Below are positions 57,620-64,000 of a DNA stretch of 64,000 bases, piece by piece; the stretch's first letter is position 1; every line of letters starts with the position of its first letter. Location of the stretch: the NCBI GenBank assembly GCA_964452145.1, contig CAYVLA010000004.1:39980-103979 (forward strand), in the 5' to 3' direction. A program made the translations under genes and the position numbers. A model generated the notes under the pieces. The model saw nothing but the letters and a program-made list of their open reading frames with translations, was not told where the DNA came from and did no database searches. This DNA comes from Candidatus Hadarchaeota archaeon (GTDB lineage: Archaea > CAYQAE01 > CAYVLA01).

Positions 57620-58521
57620 ACGAACTCCTTCCAATAGGCAGCCGTCCTCTCCAGATCCTCCAGGACCTTGTCCTCCCTCTCTTCGAAGGGATGTATGATC
57701 TCTAGAAGCAGAGCCACCTCACCCGCCCCCGAGGCTTCGATCGCCTCAACCAGCCTATCCCCCCTGATGAGGCCCTTCTGGTTGAACTCGGGCGTGAAAG
57801 GCCAGTGCCTGTCCATCTTCCCGTCCGTCTGCTGAACGTGCATCGCGGGTGACATGGGTCCGATCTCTTTGACCCACTGGAAGGTGTCCACATCCACGCC
57901 GCACTCGGAGTAGGCGCACTGATGGCCCGTGTCCATGCAGAAGAAAATGGGCACTCCAGCACCCTTGTTCACCCTCCTGTACAGGGATTTGGCATCGGCG
58001 ATGTTGCAGGGCGGCTCCCGCGGCACCGGCATGGGTTCCCACAGCAGGAATCTCTGCCCCATGTCACGAGCCATCCGCGACAGGTGCTGGAGACTCTCTA
58101 TCAGCGAGTCGATGAGGTATGTCCGCCTTGCCTTGTTTCCATAGTCGTTGTAGCTCATGGAGGCCACATGCCCCCCGGTACCACCGGCTCCCATCTCGCT
58201 GGTCATGCTGACTGCCTGTTCGTACCAGTCAAGGGCATCGCTTCTCATGCCGACATCGGGATGCATCAACAGGTTGAACGAGTATGCCCCTAGGCCGGTG
58301 AAGGTGCTATGGATCTCCACGCCACACTCCTTGGCCGCCTCTTTCGCCTCGACGCTTTTCCTCAGACGTACCGAGGGCCGCACCCTGGGATCCACGAGAT
58401 CGAAGGAGAATTGGGCAAGATCAAGGTCGAGCTTGCATCCAACTATCTCAGCCCATTCCCTGGCCTCGGGCCATCTCTTCACCGCAAAGCAGGTGTTTAT
58501 GCCAAGTCGCAGTTCCGCCAT
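57616..58521 (-). CDS. Sugar phosphate epimerase, EryC-like (D-erythrulose-1-phosphate 3-epimerase-like)
   Basis: GINTCFAVKRWPE, WEPM..RE, DTGH, HVQQTDG, HWPFT. Confidence 0.85.
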   Translation of the reverse strand: MAELRLGINTCFAVKRWPEAREWAEIVGCKLDLDLAQFSFDLVDPRVRPSVRLRKSVEAKEAAKECGVEIHSTFTGLGAYSFNLLMHPDVGMRSDALDWYEQAVSMTSEMGAGGTGGHVASMSYNDYGNKARRTYLIDSLIESLQHLSRMARDMGQRFLLWEPMPVPREPPCNIADAKSLYRRVNKGAGVPIFFCMDTGHQCAYSECGVDVDTFQWVKEIGPMSPAMHVQQTDGKMDRHWPFTPEFNQKGLIRGDRLVEAIEASGAGEVALLLEIIHPFEEREDKVLEDLERTAAYWKEFV

Positions 58522-58593
58522 CGAACCACAGCCAAGAAACCGGGTTTCCTGCTAATATGATTTTCCGATCCCCTGATTCCTTGGAGGAATCCG

Positions 58594-59787
58594 ATGACTG
58601 CCCGGAGGGCTTTGAGCGCGAGAGTTAAGAGAACCCCCGCTCTGCCGACCCGTGTGATTCTTGCCAAGGGGGAAGCATTCATCGCCCGCGGCCCCTTGAG
58701 GATCGAGGTCGCCACCGGGCGGATATCGTCCAGGGGAATCGAGTTCTCCCCGCGTACTCCTCCCCTGATCGTCAAGGCCTGGGAAGCCTTCGACCTCACT
58801 CCTCTGCAGAGTTCCGAGGTTCGTTCGACCGGGATCGGCAGAATTGAGTCAACCGGCCAGGCCTACCCGTCCGAGTGGGCCCCCGTTATCGATCGAATCC
58901 GCCAAGCAGATGCCAAAACGATCATGGTCACCGGCGAATCCGATACGGGGAAGTCAACCTTCGTCACACTCATCGCCAACGCTTTGCTTGCAGCTCACGC
59001 CCAAGTCTTCGTCGTTGACGGGGACATAGGCCAGTCAAGCATAGGACCTCCCACGACGATCGGGCTGGGTGCAGCGACTAGGCCCCTGCTGAGGCTGACG
59101 GGTTTCAAGCTGTTGGATGCGTACTTTGCGGGCGATACCTCGCCTGCATACTGCCTCGAGGAGGTGATTCAGGGCACCGGTATTCTCTCCCGGAGGGCAT
59201 CCGACCCAGGGGGTCCCGTTGTGGTTGATACATGTGGGCTTGCAACGGGACCTCTCGGCCAACATCTTACCGCCAAGACCGTTGACGCCGTGGGGCCAGA
59301 CATGGTGGTGGTCTTGGAGCGTGACCAGGATCTTGACTACCTCGAGAGAACCGGACACAGGATCGTCCGGGTGCCGGGCCTCGTCACCGCCAGGAAGAAC
59401 TTAGAGGCCAGGCGAGCTTTCCGGCTCAGCCAGTACCTGGCATGCCTTGAGCAGTCCAGGGTAGTCCCCTACAACATCGCGTCCACTTCCTTCGAGGGAT
59501 ACAGGGCCAGAAGGTGGAGGGATCGACCCAAAGACACCATGTCCATCATGGAGTCCGAGCATCTCGAAGCTACGGATCTCGTCCGGATGGAGCGGACCAT
59601 AGTCGGACTCCACAAGGGCCCAAGATACGTCGACCTGGGCATCATCGAGTCGGTCGAGCCGAAGGATGATCTTGTGAGGATTCTCACACCTGCAAAAGAG
59701 GATGTGGACACCGTCATCGTGGGCAACCTGCGACTTGTCCCTGGTGGCGAGACCAGGCATTTTCAGGGCGAGGATTTCTCTGCATGA
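58594..59787 (+). CDS. Clp1/Grc3-family polynucleotide 5'-OH kinase
   Basis: GESDTGKST, DGDIGQSSIGPP, VVDTCG. Confidence 0.9.
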   Translation: MTARRALSARVKRTPALPTRVILAKGEAFIARGPLRIEVATGRISSRGIEFSPRTPPLIVKAWEAFDLTPLQSSEVRSTGIGRIESTGQAYPSEWAPVIDRIRQADAKTIMVTGESDTGKSTFVTLIANALLAAHAQVFVVDGDIGQSSIGPPTTIGLGAATRPLLRLTGFKLLDAYFAGDTSPAYCLEEVIQGTGILSRRASDPGGPVVVDTCGLATGPLGQHLTAKTVDAVGPDMVVVLERDQDLDYLERTGHRIVRVPGLVTARKNLEARRAFRLSQYLACLEQSRVVPYNIASTSFEGYRARRWRDRPKDTMSIMESEHLEATDLVRMERTIVGLHKGPRYVDLGIIESVEPKDDLVRILTPAKEDVDTVIVGNLRLVPGGETRHFQGEDFSA

Positions 59788-60374
59788 GGCCTGGCTCCGA
59801 TCGCCGAACCCAGCATCCTCAGCCCCATGGAGATCAGCCAAGCGGAGCTGACTACCGAGGAGATGATCTCGGGTATCGCGACTCCATCGTGGGGCAACGC
59901 CCATCCTGCCGCGGCGACCACGGCCAGCACGATCGTGAGGGCACCATGCGCCCGTGCAGCAGGCTGACCGCTAAGGATCATTGCCGCCGCGATGACTAGC
60001 ATCGAGATCGGGAGGGACGCGAAGAAAGCCACGGAAACCCAGTAGTGTATCCTGCCCGCACCTTCGGTGAAGATCCCGATCATGACGAGGAACACGGAGG
60101 AGAGAAAGAACAGTCCGGCTCCTACGCGTCCCACCAGGTCGCCCGATAGGACGGCGAACAACCCAAGAGCGCCGGCCGCAGCGAGCGCTCCTCCCACGAT
60201 GAGACCCGAGTTGAAGACCGTGGCCGTCTCGCCCATCCCAAGATCGCTCAACGCATTCCCCGTCCAGCTGAACCAGTCGGCTCTGGATATGGCCAAGGCT
60301 ATCATGGAAAGGGCGACCGCCGGGGAGAGGAAACAACCGATCACCCCAAGACCGATGTAGCGACTGTGAGGCAC
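59763..60374 (-). CDS. DUF998 membrane protein
   Basis: WFSWTGNALSDLG, FNSGL, IGIFTE..H, AIPEI; GTG start inferred. Confidence 0.85.
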   Translation of the reverse strand: MPHSRYIGLGVIGCFLSPAVALSMIALAISRADWFSWTGNALSDLGMGETATVFNSGLIVGGALAAAGALGLFAVLSGDLVGRVGAGLFFLSSVFLVMIGIFTEGAGRIHYWVSVAFFASLPISMLVIAAAMILSGQPAARAHGALTIVLAVVAAAGWALPHDGVAIPEIISSVVSSAWLISMGLRMLGSAIGARPHAEKSSP

Positions 60375-60603
60375 GGGAAACAGGGGGCTCCGGGCCTGAT
60401 AACTCTTACAAGGGTTCCGTGGGCCTGGGCCCGTCCTCACAGGGAGCGTATGCAGCCGATGCTCGCGGAAGCCAGAAAGTTGGCAGGTCGTCGGACATCG
60501 AGACGTGGGGGACAAAGAGCAAATCGGTACGGCGTTGACCCGTGGTAGATTTTCGAGACCAGATGTTGTGGGGCACCGCAACGGGAGACGCCACATCTTC
60601 TCT

Positions 60604-61599
60604 CTAGTCGAGAAGATCGGCCAGGGCCACACATCCTCCCGTCGACTTCGATTTCAGAGCCGCGAAAACCATTGCCAGGCTCTTGAGGTTGTCCAGACCG
60701 CTTGTCTCGGGGTCCCTACACTCCACGATGCTTGCCCCAAACTCTCGAAGGGAGTACTCCTGATCCTCCACCGGCATATCCAACAGTTCGATGGATCTAC
60801 GCCCGTTCTGGAAATGGCTTGAGGTAAGCAGGCCCCTCCCATCGTAATCAAGGGAGCCCCTCTCGCACTCTATCCTCCACTCCCCATTCCAGCCAGTATG
60901 GCCACCGAAGGCCACAGAGCTGCCCTCGTACAGAACGGGTGTTCCCTCCATGTCGATGTTGATCGCAGCAGCACAATCGCCTTTGAACCAGCTCCACTCC
61001 GGGTTCCACGTCCGTGCGAATATGGCGGTGGCATCCTTTCCGAGCAGGTAGCGCATCATGTCGAAGTGATGTATGCTCATCTCTATCAGCAAGACATCAT
61101 CCATCTTCTTTCTGAACGGCCCCCAGTCGGGGTTAAGTCTGAACGACACGCAGGCATGGCTGACCCGGCCTAGTTCTCCCGACTCCAAGAATCTCCGAGC
61201 CGACCGGATCCACCGGCGAAACCTGTAGTTCTGGCTCACCATCAGCGTAAGCCCCTTTTCCCTGGCCCTGTTGACCATTCTTTTCGCCGCCTCCATCCCA
61301 TGAGCCATCGGCTTCTCCGTCAGTACATGAAGACCTTGTTCGAAAGCCGCCTCGGCAACGTCCTCGTGGATGAAGGGAGGGACCACGATCAAGGCGAAGT
61401 CCGCATCCACCTTCGCGAATGCCTCCTCATAGCTTCTGTAAGCCCTGTCCCTTCCCAGACCGGTCTTTTCAAGGGCTCGTTTCAAAGCATCATCGTTGAT
61501 GTCGACCAGGGCTTCGTGCCGAACCGATTCCGTGGACCCGATCGCATCCAGCCAGCGGTTGCCAAAGCCACCGACCCCGACCTGTACGCACTTGAGCAT
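60604..61599 (-). CDS. Gfo/Idh/MocA oxidoreductase
   Basis: GVGGFG, TEKPM, SQNYRF, EMSIHHFD. Confidence 0.93.
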   Translation of the reverse strand: MLKCVQVGVGGFGNRWLDAIGSTESVRHEALVDINDDALKRALEKTGLGRDRAYRSYEEAFAKVDADFALIVVPPFIHEDVAEAAFEQGLHVLTEKPMAHGMEAAKRMVNRAREKGLTLMVSQNYRFRRWIRSARRFLESGELGRVSHACVSFRLNPDWGPFRKKMDDVLLIEMSIHHFDMMRYLLGKDATAIFARTWNPEWSWFKGDCAAAINIDMEGTPVLYEGSSVAFGGHTGWNGEWRIECERGSLDYDGRGLLTSSHFQNGRRSIELLDMPVEDQEYSLREFGASIVECRDPETSGLDNLKSLAMVFAALKSKSTGGCVALADLLD

Positions 61600-62701
61600 G
61601 GGCTTCCCCAAGAGGACGGGGTATATGTATCTCGTCCTTCCGGAGCCCCTTGGCAGGCCCCAATCCCGCCAGTCGGGAACGCGCAACCGAGCAACGCGAG
61701 CAGATGCAGGGATGGGAAGGGGCCCCAGGATCGCTGCGTTCATCCTTCCAGCAGATGGCGCAGCGATTCGCCAATTCCACATGGCACCGTTTATGCTTCC
61801 GGGAACACTGCCAAGGGAAAGTCGTTGCGCCAGGCGAGAGAAGCCGCGTGTGCGGGTCGACGACGTATCCCGTTCCAGAGCTAGGGGCCTCATTGAGATT
61901 CTGAGTAGAATCCTCAGAGAGGCCCGTTCACTTGGCTGCTTTTGGCGGGTACTGGAAGTCGGAAAGGACGCCGGACATCCTGTGGAGATAGTCCAGCATC
62001 GATAGGTTAAGCAGGGAATCGGAGGCTAGGTGGATCGCCGACAACCTGTCTGGGCCTCTCGGAGCCCAATTGGTTACTCCAACCCACCACGGGCTTTTCT
62101 GCCTATCTCAATCTGGCTGGGTGAAGCCGCCAGAAAAAGGGATACACGAATACCCCACCCTACGCGACCCAAATAACAGGAGAACCACGAATCCTCGGGT
62201 CAAGGAACGTAGACAACCATCCTCCACCCAAGCCCAAGTCGTGGACATGAGTGCAAAAAGACCCCCGTGGGCCTATGAGGCAGGGACTGTGGTATTCTAT
62301 TTCACGGGGAAGAACTGATAGGGTGATTGCGGGGATCTGTGTATCGGTGGGTGATCTTCTCAGACAGCTCACGTCGCCAACCCTCTCAGAGGCTTGTTCA
62401 CGGCCTTCGCGATAGGAGGTCTCTTCTGGCTCCTTTTCCTGGCAGGGGCCATCGGCATCCTACCCAAATGGCCCTGGGAGATGCTTGTCGAGGTCTACGA
62501 GGACTGCGAAAGACAGAGAGCAAGAAAGACATAGCTAAGCCCCTACAAGGGACCCTAGCCACACAACGTCGCGGACGCCACTGATCCGGGGATCGCAATG
62601 CTCTAAATTGGTCAGCTCACCAAGTCCAGAATAGCGGACGACTCCTTGGTTGGTTGGAGTGGCCAGTTGAGCTGTATAGCGGATACCTCCATTACAGAGT
62701 T

Positions 62702-63217
62702 CTAGAGGACTTTCTCGAAACAAACCGCGCCGAGATCATGCCACCAGATGGTACCTTTCCTTTCGTAGCCCAACTTCTCATAGAAGCGCAGGAGGTCCTT
62801 GTACTCGTGGAAGGCATCAAGACGTACGGCAACACACCGAGCTTCCGTCGCGATTCCCTCGATCCTCCTCATACACCACGACCCGATGCCTTTGCCTTGC
62901 AGCTCTGGTAGCACCGCCAGTCGGAACACGTACATCGCTTTGGCCCCTGGGTCTTGCCACATCGCCATGCACTTCTTCCTGTCGAAGTAGCTCGGCGGCT
63001 TGGTGTCCAGGGTGAAGGTAGCCACGGTTCGGCCGGACGAGCTGACCGCGTAGACATCCTTCTCCTGGGCATCTCTCCGCATCATTTCCATTGGATAGGG
63101 CGGGATCCAGTACTGGCCGAGGCGCAAGTTGCTTTGGAGGTGCGAGCTGCACTTTGTGATTACCTGGTGGACTTCCACAACTCTGTCTGGATCGATCTTG
63201 ACCGCCTGATACTCCAC
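62702..63217 (-). CDS. GNAT N-acetyltransferase
   Basis: RLAVLPELQGKGIG, VRLDA, FYEKLGY. Confidence 0.9.
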   Translation of the reverse strand: MEYQAVKIDPDRVVEVHQVITKCSSHLQSNLRLGQYWIPPYPMEMMRRDAQEKDVYAVSSSGRTVATFTLDTKPPSYFDRKKCMAMWQDPGAKAMYVFRLAVLPELQGKGIGSWCMRRIEGIATEARCVAVRLDAFHEYKDLLRFYEKLGYERKGTIWWHDLGAVCFEKVL

Positions 63218-63271
63218 ATCAATCCTTCGCGATGAATCCTCATAACTCTCTCAGTCGCCCGGCTTGGTGAC

Positions 63272-63742
63272 TCATCGCCCGGATCTGGTTACTTTCCTCA
63301 TGGCTTCCTTGAATCCCATGCTCTGCCAGAAAGCCTCTGCCTCCGGATTCCTCACCGAGTACGAGGTCTGGTAGGTGGTGATCCCCTTTGAACCGAACCA
63401 TCCCAGGAGGCTCTCAACCAGCTGGGTCCCTATCCCAAGCCTTCGGCAGGACTCCGCAACATAGAGATCGTCTATGTTCCCGTAGATGCGGTTGAGAAAG
63501 ATCGGTGCCCCGCTCCTTACCGAGCCATTGATGTAACCTACGACAACCCCATCCTCAACTCCAACCAGGACTCTGCACTCCTGGTTGCCCATGACGGAGA
63601 GGATGTGTTCCCTCCATATCGCCCGGGCATTCCCCACGAGCTTGAATCTTGGATCCAGCCTCTCATGGGTGGTGGCCAGTTCCTGCCACAGATCCACAAG
63701 CCGATCAACATCGCCAGGACTCGCTACCCTTATCTGAGCCAA
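63272..63742 (-). CDS. GNAT N-acetyltransferase
   Basis: IDDLYV..CRRLGIG, NPEAEAFWQSMGF. Confidence 0.9.
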   Translation of the reverse strand: MAQIRVASPGDVDRLVDLWQELATTHERLDPRFKLVGNARAIWREHILSVMGNQECRVLVGVEDGVVVGYINGSVRSGAPIFLNRIYGNIDDLYVAESCRRLGIGTQLVESLLGWFGSKGITTYQTSYSVRNPEAEAFWQSMGFKEAMRKVTRSGR

Positions 63743-64000
63743 ACCATCACTTCTCGCCTGTCAGCCATTCGGAAACCTTGCTACCCAACCTTATTACAGT
63801 TGCCAATCTGCTGCAATCCAGTGGTCTGATCGCTCCGGGCCCAAGGTGCAGCCACAATCATGTCCGCGATCACAGCTTCCGATCCCGTCAGCGGCAGATC
63901 CCATCGACAAGATATTCAAGTCGGATGCCGAATGTCTGTCGGATGGGAGAAAGCTTGGCGGTGGCGCCGAGTGCTTGAATGCAGAAGGGCTTGGAGATGT

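Noticed and set aside
61884..62600. Hairpin and short membrane-protein-like frames between the oxidoreductase and GNAT genes
   Set aside because: Fragmented, start-less and unassignable; probably decayed sequence.
63899..63949. Imperfect inverted repeat at the window edge
   Set aside because: Context is truncated; cannot be told apart from a terminator.
72..63978. Many long antisense or alternative-frame ORFs (e.g. 9393..10523, 14948..15985, 33068..34246, 48077..49159)
   Set aside because: Shadow ORFs of GC-rich genes with no recognisable motifs.

Overview
A 64-kb, GC-rich archaeal chromosomal window. Evidence for archaea: exosome/RNase P superoperon, TBP, Top6A, thermosome, Hel308, GGTGA/GGAGG Shine-Dalgarno sites and very frequent TTG/GTG starts. 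The lineage cannot be fixed from sequence alone. An eL15-type leader and a C-terminally extended Pop5 hint at a euryarchaeal-type relative. Layout: (1) 1.3-8.2 kb, the rpl15e-rpp30-pop5-sdo1-rrp4-rrp41-rrp42-rpl37ae-rpoP-pcc1-pfdB-DHH superoperon, with psmA missing. (2) 13.5-22.8 kb, a sugar-catabolism cluster. (3) 23.4-30.4 kb, an accessory island with a dead ISAzo13-type transposase, a MITE-like element, secreted proteins, two ~115-bp direct repeats and a probable DUF499 remnant. (4) 30-64 kb, housekeeping, redox and metabolic genes. The strongest candidate for a new system is at 54.4-56.8 kb: a CysRS paralog that lacks the anticodon-binding domain and has MshC-like substitutions, in an apparent operon with a two-domain GNAT acetyltransferase and a small Cys-rich protein. 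This suggests a mycothiol-like, tRNA-independent cysteine-ligation pathway in an archaeon. Other oddities: an expanded family of membrane-anchored proteins, a pseudo-dehydrogenase fusion, a GNAT-like domain inserted in a NapH-like protein, a Cys-less PurF, and probable ATT/CTG start codons. No rRNA, tRNA or CRISPR array was seen. All family calls come from motif recognition by eye, not from database searches.
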